Assembly (NCBI GenBank): GCA_001818235.1
Contig: MHJY01000010.1
Span: 17,609-81,608 of the forward strand
From: Candidatus Jacksonbacteria bacterium RIFOXYB2_FULL_44_15
Lineage (GTDB): Bacteria; Patescibacteriota; Patescibacteriia; UBA9629
Direction of reading: 5' to 3'
DNA: 64,000 nt
The position numbers were made by a program, and so were the translations under genes. Below the pieces are notes generated by a model, which made no database searches, was not told the DNA's origin, and was given only the letters and a program-made list of their open reading frames with translations. Positions 1-7,910 of the stretch are shown one piece after another. Every line of letters starts with the position of its first letter. The stretch's first letter is position 1.

Positions 1-221
1 TGGGAGAATGGTGAAAAATCAAATCCACCGTCGCGCTGACATTATCAACGCCTACAAACTGATGATGACTGTTGCAAACTGCAAAAGTCAGCCGTCGGTG
101 GAATCTTAAATAGTAAAAAAAATGGACAGAAAAAGGATACGTGAATGTTTTGGACAAACAAACACGTTTCCTTCTCCAAAATCATCTCTAATTCGACCAG
201 TGAGTCGAAGAACTATTGCAT

Positions 222-245
222 AGATTCCTGCTTTCGCGGGAATGA
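222..245 (+). repeat. Family-A oriented motif copy (GATTCC-tgctttcgcg-GGAATGAC) pointing at the downstream structured element
   Basis: Same 5'-GATYCC...GGRATGAC-3' architecture as the copies at 2.5, 11.9, 20.8, 24.9, 51.9 and 60.5 kb. Confidence 0.5.
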
Positions 246-299
246 CAAAATCCAGTTAAAGAGACGATTTTAGAGAAGGAACATAAACATGCGCCTTCA

Positions 300-470
300 A
301 TTAATCCGCTTAAGTGGCACGCCCCGTCAGACTATCCAGTTTGACGGGGCACAAGTCAGGGAAAAAACTATAATCCCTGATCTCCCCTAAAAAGTGAGCG
401 GGGATTTTAGCACCATCCTCTCTCCGAAAATGGCGACTTTCCTGGCCGCCATCCAAGCGGATTAATCGAG
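300..470 (+). ncRNA. Candidate structured RNA of unknown class: four hairpins closed by a long terminal stem
   Basis: ttaatccgcttaagtgg (300-316) pairs with ccatccaagcggattaa (455-471). Internal hairpins are gccccgtcaga/tttgacggggc, tcaggga/tccctga, tcccc/gggga and atggcg/gccgccat. No ORF of 60 aa or more lies in 1-530, and an intrinsic terminator follows directly. I found no match to tmRNA, RNase P or SRP signature motifs. Confidence 0.25.
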
Positions 471-482
471 GGCGACACCAAT

Positions 483-511
483 AAAAAAATCCCATCATCG
501 GGATTTTTTTG
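483..511. terminator. Bidirectional intrinsic terminator (A7-atccc-atcatc-gggat-T7)
   Basis: A GC stem is flanked by an A-run and a T-run. It sits between the candidate RNA on the plus strand and the end of the hicBA operon on the minus strand. Confidence 0.5.
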
Positions 512-530
512 ATTTTGCTACGACGTAAAA

Positions 531-755
531 CTATTTTAATCGATTAAATTCAGCAACGGTTAAGCGCATGTCTTTAATGATTTCACTGAGCAACCCTTTG
601 CCAATATCTTCACCATAGTGCATCGGCACAACCGTAGTTCTGCCATCTAAATGTTCAAAAAAAGCATGGCTCCCTTTTTGATGAATCAGTTGGAAACCAA
701 GCTTAATGAGGATTTTGACCAATTTTCTGGTATTAATCGGCGATAGCGTGCTCAT
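531..755 (-). CDS. hicA: HicA-family mRNA interferase toxin (YcfA-like)
   Basis: 74 aa with a KGSH motif (HQKGSHAFFEH) and size typical of HicA. It overlaps the upstream antitoxin gene by ATGA. Confidence 0.65.
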   Translation of the reverse strand: MSTLSPINTRKLVKILIKLGFQLIHQKGSHAFFEHLDGRTTVVPMHYGEDIGKGLLSEIIKDMRLTVAEFNRLK

Positions 756-1006
756 ACACTAACGGCTAAATCTTGCCAAGCAACAAATTTGGGTTGGATT
801 AATTCCAATTTCTCGCGCTTCTTTTTGAGAACCTCCAGACATAAACTAATTGCTTCTTGCATCCGTTTGATAACGAGATCATAACTTTTGGCCTGGGTAT
901 GACAACCCGGTAAAGCTGGGCATTTGGCCACATAAATACCGTCTCCGTTTTGTTCAATTGTAATGCGAAAATTATAGGTTTTCATATGCATTGGCATTAT
1001 AAACAA
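752..1006 (-). CDS. hicB: HicB-family antitoxin (UPF0150-like)
   Basis: 84 aa. The IEQNGDGIYVAKCPALPGCHTQAKSYD stretch matches the HicB N-terminal fold motif (DGxYxAxxPxLPGC). It is translationally coupled to hicA. Confidence 0.65.
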   Translation of the reverse strand: MFIMPMHMKTYNFRITIEQNGDGIYVAKCPALPGCHTQAKSYDLVIKRMQEAISLCLEVLKKKREKLELIQPKFVAWQDLAVSV

Positions 1007-1152
1007 CCGGATTTATTGTGTCAAATAATGGAAATTCCACTCCCACCTCCCCTTTACCCGCCAAAGTTTTTGCTAAAAATTTAGGCGGGTGAAACCCCTC
1101 CTCCGGCAGGAGGGGAACTGAAAGTAAAAATGAAAATTAAAAATTTTCGTCC

Positions 1153-2364
1153 CTACCTCCCCACCACAATCATCGCTTTCCCCTCGCGCCCGGTAAAAGG
1201 CAGATCAGCGCCGGAAGGATAATCGCGAATTGACTCGAAAAAATTATCGTAATCATAGCGAAAGCCGGCGCCGCGACGGGTGCCGGAATCATTGGTAATA
1301 AATTCCTGGGTTGAATCATCATAACCGATAATCAGAATCATATGCCGCTCCGGACCTGGGGCAGTGTAATTAGGATTACGCAATATTTGGCCGTTCATCG
1401 GCGTAATAACTAAAGAGCCCTCAGCTAATTTTTTTTTGATTGCCTCAATGCTGACATCAGTTGCAACTTTGACGTTGGCTACCTGATAATAATCTTTTAG
1501 CAACTGCGCCGTATCAACTGCATTAGTATCTTGATAATAACCGAACTTCTCTTCTTGATATTTAGATAAAGCTAAAATTTCGGTTAACGCTTCCTCCAAA
1601 TTTAAGCCCTGGTTTTTAACCCAGCGCGCGGCCATCAGAATTGATGCTTCCTCACAACCATCCTGCTCGCGCGGATCAGCCCAGTTGCCAAACGGCGCTT
1701 GCGAAGTAAAAGAAACGGTAAATTTGACAGTGGCTGGGGCTGGAGATTCTGGTTTTAAAATAGTGGTCGCCTCGTCAGTCGCTAATGGCACATCCGGCGC
1801 TATCGGAAGTTTGATGTCCGGAACAAGCTCAACTAAAGGCGGCAGATATCCGCAATTAGGATCATCGCAAAAAATAAAATTATCACCGAGTTCAAGTTCG
1901 TGCGACGCCACCCAACCCGCATTAACCTCTAACGCGTAACGCGCCGGCATTCGCGGACGATACGAATTTTTCGGCTGGAGGCCTTCTGGCGCGACATCCG
2001 TAGCCAGATCAACCACCTGCCGATTATGATCAAACCAGATAATATCTAATGGGAAATTCATTTCCTTCATCCAGAAAGAGTGGTAATCAGACGCTGGAAA
2101 AATAAATAGCATGCCTTCGTTAGAAATCAAAGACTGGCGTCGCGAAAGCCCCAAAGTTCGCGCTTCGTTGGTATCAGCAAGCTCAGCGATTAAAATGGTA
2201 TTTTTGACTTTAAGCAGTTGATAAACCGGCTCTTGAGGTTGATTTTTTGATATTTTCGATGGCTCAGCTTGAGGTTGCCAGGCCAAGCAAATACCACCAA
2301 TCAATAAAAAAAACAAAATCCCACCAGCCGCCCAAATTAATTTTCGTTTGATTTGCAGAGTCAT
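1153..2364 (-). CDS. Secreted or membrane-anchored fusion protein: DUF192 domain plus C39-like (YvpB/Peptidase_C39_2-type) cysteine peptidase domain
   Basis: There is an N-terminal transmembrane/signal segment. GMLFIFPASDYHSFWMKEMNFPLDIIWFD matches the DUF192 signature. The C-terminal SQAPFGNWADPREQDGCEEAS...HMILIIGYDD...NDSG resembles C39-like papain-fold peptidases. Confidence 0.7.
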   Translation of the reverse strand: MTLQIKRKLIWAAGGILFFLLIGGICLAWQPQAEPSKISKNQPQEPVYQLLKVKNTILIAELADTNEARTLGLSRRQSLISNEGMLFIFPASDYHSFWMKEMNFPLDIIWFDHNRQVVDLATDVAPEGLQPKNSYRPRMPARYALEVNAGWVASHELELGDNFIFCDDPNCGYLPPLVELVPDIKLPIAPDVPLATDEATTILKPESPAPATVKFTVSFTSQAPFGNWADPREQDGCEEASILMAARWVKNQGLNLEEALTEILALSKYQEEKFGYYQDTNAVDTAQLLKDYYQVANVKVATDVSIEAIKKKLAEGSLVITPMNGQILRNPNYTAPGPERHMILIIGYDDSTQEFITNDSGTRRGAGFRYDYDNFFESIRDYPSGADLPFTGREGKAMIVVGR

Positions 2365-2519
2365 AACTATAATCTAGCACGCGATTGCTGATTTGTCTAA
2401 AAAATGATATGATAAAAAAGTTAAAAACTGCCAGAATAAAATACCTGCGAAGTATTCTTTTTGGTATTAATTGATTACTATTATAGATAGACTGTCCGAA
2501 AATTAACAAAGCACTAGTT

Positions 2520-2544
2520 TGTCATCCCGAGCTTGCCGAGGGAT
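2520..2544 (-). repeat. Family-A motif copy (reads GATCCCTCGGCAAGCTCGGGATGAC on the minus strand) upstream of the DUF192-C39 gene
   Basis: Reverse complement of the consensus form. It is paired head-to-head with the copy at 2577-2603 in a divergent intergenic region. Confidence 0.6.
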
Positions 2545-2576
2545 CTCTTATTTAAGGCACGAATATAGAAAGGGAT

Positions 2577-2603
2577 TCCTCGCTAACGCTCGGAATGACA
2601 GTT
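2577..2603 (+). repeat. Family-A motif copy (GATTCCTCGCTAACGCTCGGAATGAC) upstream of the adaptor gene
   Basis: Direct match to the motif seen at other loci. It is oriented toward the 2647 gene. Confidence 0.6.
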
Positions 2604-2646
2604 CTTGGACAGTTTATGACAAAGACATACTACACTTTATATTACT

Positions 2647-4602
2647 ATGCATTTCCAGCATCCACCCAGCAAAAAATTAATCATCATCACCGCAATAATC
2701 GTTATCATTTTAAGTTTGATTTTACTTAAAGTTTTTTATTTAGACCCAAATAAACCGCTGGTCTATGAATTTACGACAGTTAATAAGGTTGATTTAACCC
2801 AAGAGGTCAGTGTTACCGGCACAATTGTTCCGAAAGACTCGGCTGATCTGTCTTTCGAAATAACCGGAAAAGTAAAAGGAATTTACGCGGCTGTGGGCGA
2901 TTCGGTTACCGCTGGGCAAGTGCTCATTAAATTAGACACAACCGAACTGGACGCCAAACTCGCGCAAGCGCAGGCGGCCGTGGATACCAGCTTGGCTGAT
3001 GCCTCAAAAGCGGAAACGCAAATTCAAAGCAGTCAGCTGGGGCTCAAAGAACAACAAGCGAAAATTGACAGCGCCCGCGCCCTCCTAGCGCAATATCAAG
3101 CTGGTTTGGAAAAAGAACAAGTCAAATTGGTCGAAATTAAAAAAGGCGCGCGATCAGAACAATTACAAGTGGCCCAAACTAAAGTCATCAATGCGCAAAA
3201 TAATTTAATTGACGCGCAAACTAATCTGGCTAACGTTAAAAACAAAGCCACTAACGATCTGGTGAGCCTTTATGATGACGTTTCGGATACGATTTATGCC
3301 AGTTACACCAAAGCTGATGACGCCATTAACAAACAGATTACTGATCTCTGGAATAAAAGCGGCACCACTTATGAATTAAGTTACAGCACCTCTGACCTGC
3401 AAGCAAAATCTGACGTCGAACGGCAATACTCCGGCATTAAAGACGAAGTCGCCGCCTGGAAACAAGAAATTGATGGTCTCTCAGCAACCTCAACCAACGA
3501 AAATTGGGATCGCGCCTTGGAAAAATCGCGCAATCATTTAGTTAATGTCCGTGATTTTTTAATCCGCCAAATGGACACTCTAAACGCCGGGATTGATAAC
3601 GCATCAGCCAGTAAAACTACTTTAAATACCTACCGAACGAGCGTCGTGACCGCCCGAACGAACATTAATACCGAACTCACCGCGATTACGACCGCGCAAC
3701 AAGGAATTGCCAGCCAAAAAATTACCAATCAAAATAATATCAGTACTGCCTCTGGAGCAGTGAACACCGCGCAAAATGCGTTGGATTTGGCTAAGAATGA
3801 ACAACAACTAACCGCGATCCAGGCTTCGCCGGAAGAAATCGCCGGACAAGAAGCCGCAGTCAGGCAAGCCGCGGCCAACGTCACCAGCCAAAAAGCAATT
3901 CTCGCACAAGCGCAAGCAGGTCTGGACACTCAACGGTCGCAGATAGACCAAACCCGGGCCGGGGCAACATCTGCTCAAGCCGGAGTTAAACAGGCGCAGG
4001 CTAATTTGCAAAACGCCCAAGCCCAACTTGCCAAAGCCACAATCACCGCTCCGATACCCGGAATCATCACCAAGCAAGACACTAAAGTCGGAGAGATTGT
4101 CAGTGCTCAAAAAAACATTATCTCGCTATTAAATCCGCAGGAATACAAAATCGAAACGAACATTCCGGAAGCAGACACCGCCAAAATTAAAATTGGCGAC
4201 ACTGCGGCCGTCACCCTTGATGCCTATGGTGATGACGTGAAATTTTCCGCCCAGGTCACTAAAATTGATCCGGCCGAAACAGTCATCGAAGGCGTCTCGA
4301 CTTATAAAACCACCCTTAAGCTGAATCAAAAAGATGAGCGGATTAAATCCGGCTTAACCGCCAATGTTGATATCCTGACCGCCCAGCGTAGCCAAGTGCT
4401 CGCCATTGTGCAACGCGCAGTAATTAACAAAGACGGCAATAAATTCGTGCAGATTATTGTTATTGACCCTCAAACGAACAGGGAAACGATGAAAGAAGTT
4501 CCGGTTAAAACCGGATTGCGCGGCTCAGACGGGAATATCGAAATTACTGAAGGGTTAGCTGAAGGCGACAAAGTAATAGTTTACACCAAAGAAAATCCTT
4601 AG
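2647..4602 (+). CDS. HlyD/MacA-family periplasmic adaptor with an unusually long coiled-coil
   Basis: N-terminal transmembrane segment, about 400 aa of Q/A/L-rich heptad coiled-coil, and a C-terminal beta-barrel/lipoyl-like region (ITAPIPGIITK...). It directly precedes the ABC ATPase and FtsX permease genes. Confidence 0.75.
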   Translation: MHFQHPPSKKLIIITAIIVIILSLILLKVFYLDPNKPLVYEFTTVNKVDLTQEVSVTGTIVPKDSADLSFEITGKVKGIYAAVGDSVTAGQVLIKLDTTELDAKLAQAQAAVDTSLADASKAETQIQSSQLGLKEQQAKIDSARALLAQYQAGLEKEQVKLVEIKKGARSEQLQVAQTKVINAQNNLIDAQTNLANVKNKATNDLVSLYDDVSDTIYASYTKADDAINKQITDLWNKSGTTYELSYSTSDLQAKSDVERQYSGIKDEVAAWKQEIDGLSATSTNENWDRALEKSRNHLVNVRDFLIRQMDTLNAGIDNASASKTTLNTYRTSVVTARTNINTELTAITTAQQGIASQKITNQNNISTASGAVNTAQNALDLAKNEQQLTAIQASPEEIAGQEAAVRQAAANVTSQKAILAQAQAGLDTQRSQIDQTRAGATSAQAGVKQAQANLQNAQAQLAKATITAPIPGIITKQDTKVGEIVSAQKNIISLLNPQEYKIETNIPEADTAKIKIGDTAAVTLDAYGDDVKFSAQVTKIDPAETVIEGVSTYKTTLKLNQKDERIKSGLTANVDILTAQRSQVLAIVQRAVINKDGNKFVQIIVIDPQTNRETMKEVPVKTGLRGSDGNIEITEGLAEGDKVIVYTKENP

Positions 4603-4605
4603 GCT

Positions 4606-5289
4606 ATGCCTCTAATTAAATTAACCAAGCTCGAAAAAACTTATTACACCGGCGGCGTGGAGACGCCGGTTTTGTGTCAGGTTTCTTTTTCCATTGAGAA
4701 AGGCGAATTTGTGGCGATTATGGGCCCTTCGGGCTCCGGCAAATCAACGCTCTTGCATATCCTTGGTTTTCTCGATCGTCACACTGCCGGCGAATATCGG
4801 TTTGACGGCAAAACGATTGATGATCTTTCTCCCGACGAAATCGCCCACGTCCGCAATCAAAAAATGGGCTTTGTTTTTCAGTCTTTTAATTTATTACCGC
4901 GTACCAGTGTTCTTGATAATATTAAACTGCCACTGCTCTACTCTGATATCCCGGAAAAAAAATGGACAACGCTGGCCAGCGCCGCCGCCAAAGCCGTGGG
5001 TTTAAGCCATCGCTTGAATTTCCAGCCAGCCCAGCTTTCAGGCGGAGAAAAACAGCGCGTTGCGATTGCCCGCGCCTTAATCAACAAACCAGAGGTTATT
5101 TTTGCTGATGAGCCTACCGGCAATCTGGACACCAAAACCAGCGAGCAAATCATGCAACTTTTTCAAAACTTAAACGAGGAAAAACACACGATTGTGTTAA
5201 TCACTCACGAGCCGGATATCGCCAAACACGCCCGGCGCATTCTTTACATCAGGGACGGCCAACTCGCCAAAGACGAAAAAATTAGTTGA
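4606..5289 (+). CDS. ABC transporter ATP-binding protein (MacB/LolD-type)
   Basis: Walker [13 protein letters not shown] signature LSGGEKQR, Walker [12 protein letters not shown]. Confidence 0.9.
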   Translation: MPLIKLTKLEKTYYTGGVETPVLCQVSFSIEKGEFVAIMGPSGSGKSTLLHILGFLDRHTAGEYRFDGKTIDDLSPDEIAHVRNQKMGFVFQSFNLLPRTSVLDNIKLPLLYSDIPEKKWTTLASAAAKAVGLSHRLNFQPAQLSGGEKQRVAIARALINKPEVIFADEPTGNLDTKTSEQIMQLFQNLNEEKHTIVLITHEPDIAKHARRILYIRDGQLAKDEKIS

Positions 5290-6530
5290 ATATGACCATT
5301 AAGCATACCATTAAAACATCTTTTAACGGCTTAAGCGTTAATAAATCGCGGACTCTGCTGACGCTTTTGGGGATAGTTATAGGCATCACTTCCATTATTT
5401 TAGTGATGTCTGTAGGCGCCGGCGCGCAGTCGGCCATCTTGGGCCAGTTTAAAGGTTTAGGCTCGCGGACAATTTCAATTGAACCTGGCCGGATGCCGGA
5501 AGGCCCTTCGGACATGGCGGAAATTTACACTGACTCACTCAAAAAACGGGAACTCGTTGCTCTGCAGGACAAGGGTAATGTTCCCGGATTGGTAAATCTT
5601 ACGCCACTCGTGATGTTACCGGCCACGCTGGCCTATCAAAACGAAACGTACCGCGCCAACGTTATCGGCGGCTCGCCCTTGATCGCGGATATTCTTGATA
5701 TTCAGCCGGAGACCGGAAATTTTTTTACCGAGGATGACGTAAAATTACGGTCTTCGGTCACAATTATCGGTTCCAAAATTAAGGATGAACTTTTTGGCGC
5801 CAGTGACGCGATTGGCCAAAAAATTAAAATAAAAGGCCGGACTTTTCGCATAATTGGCGTAATCGCACCCAAAGGGCAAGTGATGATGCTTGAAGTCGAC
5901 AAAATGGCGCTCGTGCCTTATACCACTGCCCAACAATATCTCTTGGGAATTGATTATTTCCAAGATATCATGGCCCAAGCCGAAAGCGAAGAAGCAGCTC
6001 CGGCCGCGGTTAGAGATATCGAACAAACACTTCGAACTTTACATAACATTACTGATCCAAAAAAAGACGATTTTCACATTGTTACCCAGGCCGTGGTGGT
6101 AGAGCGGGTCGGAATTATTACTGGTATTTTGACGGTGCTTCTGGTATCAGTCGCCGCCGTATCTTTAGTCGTGGGCGGAATCGGCATCATGAACATCATG
6201 CTTGTATCGGTGACTGAACGAACCCGGGAAATTGGCCTGCGCAAGGCGCTTGGCGCGACTGACCAAGATATTTTAAGCCAATTTTTAACCGAAGCGATGA
6301 TGATGACGGTGCTCGGCGGTTTACTGGGGATCGGATTCGGAGCAGGATTTTCGCTGATTGCGGCCTCAATCTTAAATAAAGTAACTGCCTTGGCTTGGCC
6401 ATTTACTTTCCCGATCTCAGCCGCCATGCTGGGAATTGGGGTGGCGACATTTATCGGCCTGGTATTCGGGCTCTACCCGGCGCGTCTGGCATCCCAAAAA
6501 AGCCCAATAGAAGCCTTAAGATACGAATAA
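5286..6530 (+). CDS. ABC transporter permease, MacB_PCD plus FtsX family
   Basis: N-terminal transmembrane segment, a large periplasmic domain and three C-terminal transmembrane helices (FtsX-like). It overlaps the ATPase gene by 4 nt. Confidence 0.85.
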   Translation: MNMTIKHTIKTSFNGLSVNKSRTLLTLLGIVIGITSIILVMSVGAGAQSAILGQFKGLGSRTISIEPGRMPEGPSDMAEIYTDSLKKRELVALQDKGNVPGLVNLTPLVMLPATLAYQNETYRANVIGGSPLIADILDIQPETGNFFTEDDVKLRSSVTIIGSKIKDELFGASDAIGQKIKIKGRTFRIIGVIAPKGQVMMLEVDKMALVPYTTAQQYLLGIDYFQDIMAQAESEEAAPAAVRDIEQTLRTLHNITDPKKDDFHIVTQAVVVERVGIITGILTVLLVSVAAVSLVVGGIGIMNIMLVSVTERTREIGLRKALGATDQDILSQFLTEAMMMTVLGGLLGIGFGAGFSLIAASILNKVTALAWPFTFPISAAMLGIGVATFIGLVFGLYPARLASQKSPIEALRYE

Positions 6531-6590
6531 TTTTATTGACGCCCCGGCCCATTTCTGCTATGGTAATTTAAACGATAATCACTAAAATTT

Positions 6591-6740
6591 ATGTCAACAC
6601 AAAAACAACAGCATTCTCACGCCGCTACAGGCAAAGGGCGCTCACATCTTGCCCTTAAAAAAAAGACGCTGACCACCTGCCCGCACTGTAAAGAGGCAAA
6701 ATTACCTCATCATCTGTGTCCCAAGTGTCAAAAATACTAA
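6591..6740 (+). CDS. rpmF: 50S ribosomal protein L32
   Basis: 49 aa, MSTQKQQHSHAATGKGRSHLALKKKTLTTCPHCKEAKLPHHLCPKCQKY. It has a basic N-terminus and a C-x2-C...C-x2-C zinc ribbon typical of L32. It falls below the 60-aa cutoff of the ORF track. Confidence 0.7.
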   Translation: MSTQKQQHSHAATGKGRSHLALKKKTLTTCPHCKEAKLPHHLCPKCQKY

Positions 6741-6745
6741 TTAAA

Positions 6746-7198
6746 ATGTCTAATCGTCACTTATCGCGCGCTTTAACTTTGCAAAGTTTATTCATGTGGG
6801 ATTTTAATGAGGAGGATGCTTCTTACTTGGATTTTTATATTGATTACAACTTGCAAAAATTTGGTTTAAAAAATTGCGATCGCGAATTTATCGACTACTT
6901 AACTAAAAGCGTCGTTGGTAACCGCGTCAGTTTAGACGAAATGATCAACCGCTACACTAAAGAATGGCCGGTCGACCGGCTTACGCTTGTTGACCGCAAC
7001 ATCTTACGGATGGCCATTTTTGAGATGTTCAATTCAGCTGAGGTGCCGACTAAAGTCGCGTTAAACGAAGGGGTAGAACTCGCTAAAGAATATGGCGGCT
7101 CATCCTCCCAAAAATTCGTGAGCGGCGTTTTAGGAACGCTTTACGAAGAGCATTTTAAAAACAAAGCTTCTTCTGACCCATTGGATAATACTCAGTAA
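6746..7198 (+). CDS. nusB: Transcription antitermination factor NusB
   Basis: VALNEGVELAKEYGGSSSQKFVSGVLGTL matches the NusB C-terminal signature. Start trimmed to the ATG at 6746 to avoid overlap with rpmF. Confidence 0.8.
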   Translation: MSNRHLSRALTLQSLFMWDFNEEDASYLDFYIDYNLQKFGLKNCDREFIDYLTKSVVGNRVSLDEMINRYTKEWPVDRLTLVDRNILRMAIFEMFNSAEVPTKVALNEGVELAKEYGGSSSQKFVSGVLGTLYEEHFKNKASSDPLDNTQ

Positions 7199-7211
7199 AA
7201 AAACTCATCTT

Positions 7212-7910
7212 ATGGAAAAAGATTTATCGCCACTCGAAAATAAACTTCGGGTTAGATTTAATAACCATAACTTTTTAAGACAATCCCTAGTTCATAAATC
7301 CTACATCAACGAAAATCCGTCCTTTACTCTCGACCACAACGAACGACTGGAATTTTTGGGTGACGCGGTCCTAGAGCTAATCGTTACCGAATACTTGTTT
7401 AAGCATTATCCGCGAACGCCGGAAGGGGAAATGACTAATTGGCGCGCCGCGCTCGTCAACTCGACTATGCTGGCGCAACTGGCCGAAGAGTTTAATCTTT
7501 ATAAATATCTTTATCTTAGCAAAGGCGAAAAAAAAGACCAAAACCCCAAAGCAAAGCAATATATTTTAGCCAATGCTTTCGAAGCGCTGATTGGCGCCCT
7601 CTACCTGGACCAAGGGCTCGATACTGCCAAAGATTTTATTATCAAAAATATCGTTTCAAAATTAGCGAACATTCTTAAAAACAAACTGTATCTTGACCCC
7701 AAAACTCGTTTTCAAGAAAGCGCTCAAGAACAAGAAACCGTTACCCCAACCTATAAAGTCTTAAAAGAGGAAGGCCCAGATCATGCCAAAACATTCACTA
7801 TCGGCGTGTATTTAAAAGACGAATTAGTGGCTATAGGACAAGGGCTATCCAAACAAGAAGCCCAAGTCGAAGCCGCCTTAAAAGCTCTCCAAGTAAAAAA
7901 ATGGGAATAA
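7212..7910 (+). CDS. rnc: Ribonuclease III
   Basis: ERLEFLGDAVLEL catalytic signature plus a C-terminal dsRBD (TFTIGVYLKDELVAIGQGLSKQEAQ). Confidence 0.9.
   Translation: MEKDLSPLENKLRVRFNNHNFLRQSLVHKSYINENPSFTLDHNERLEFLGDAVLELIVTEYLFKHYPRTPEGEMTNWRAALVNSTMLAQLAEEFNLYKYLYLSKGEKKDQNPKAKQYILANAFEALIGALYLDQGLDTAKDFIIKNIVSKLANILKNKLYLDPKTRFQESAQEQETVTPTYKVLKEEGPDHAKTFTIGVYLKDELVAIGQGLSKQEAQVEAALKALQVKKWE

Noticed and set aside
310-498. 62-aa minus-strand ORF
   Set aside because: It lies entirely within the hairpin-rich candidate RNA and terminator region, has no RBS or start context, and is Arg/Gly-rich as expected from translating GC stems. Treated as spurious.
1685-1939. 84-aa plus-strand ORF antisense to the DUF192-C39 gene
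   Set aside because: Antisense shadow ORF inside a well-supported gene, with low-complexity Ser/Gly composition.
2264-2509. 81-aa minus-strand ORF overlapping the start of the DUF192-C39 gene
   Set aside because: Out-of-frame overlap with the better-supported gene start and with the repeat region. No motif.
3622-4329. Four minus-strand ORFs (61-100 aa) antisense to the HlyD-like adaptor gene
   Set aside because: Antisense shadows of a GC-skewed coiled-coil gene, with Cys/Arg/Gly-rich products.
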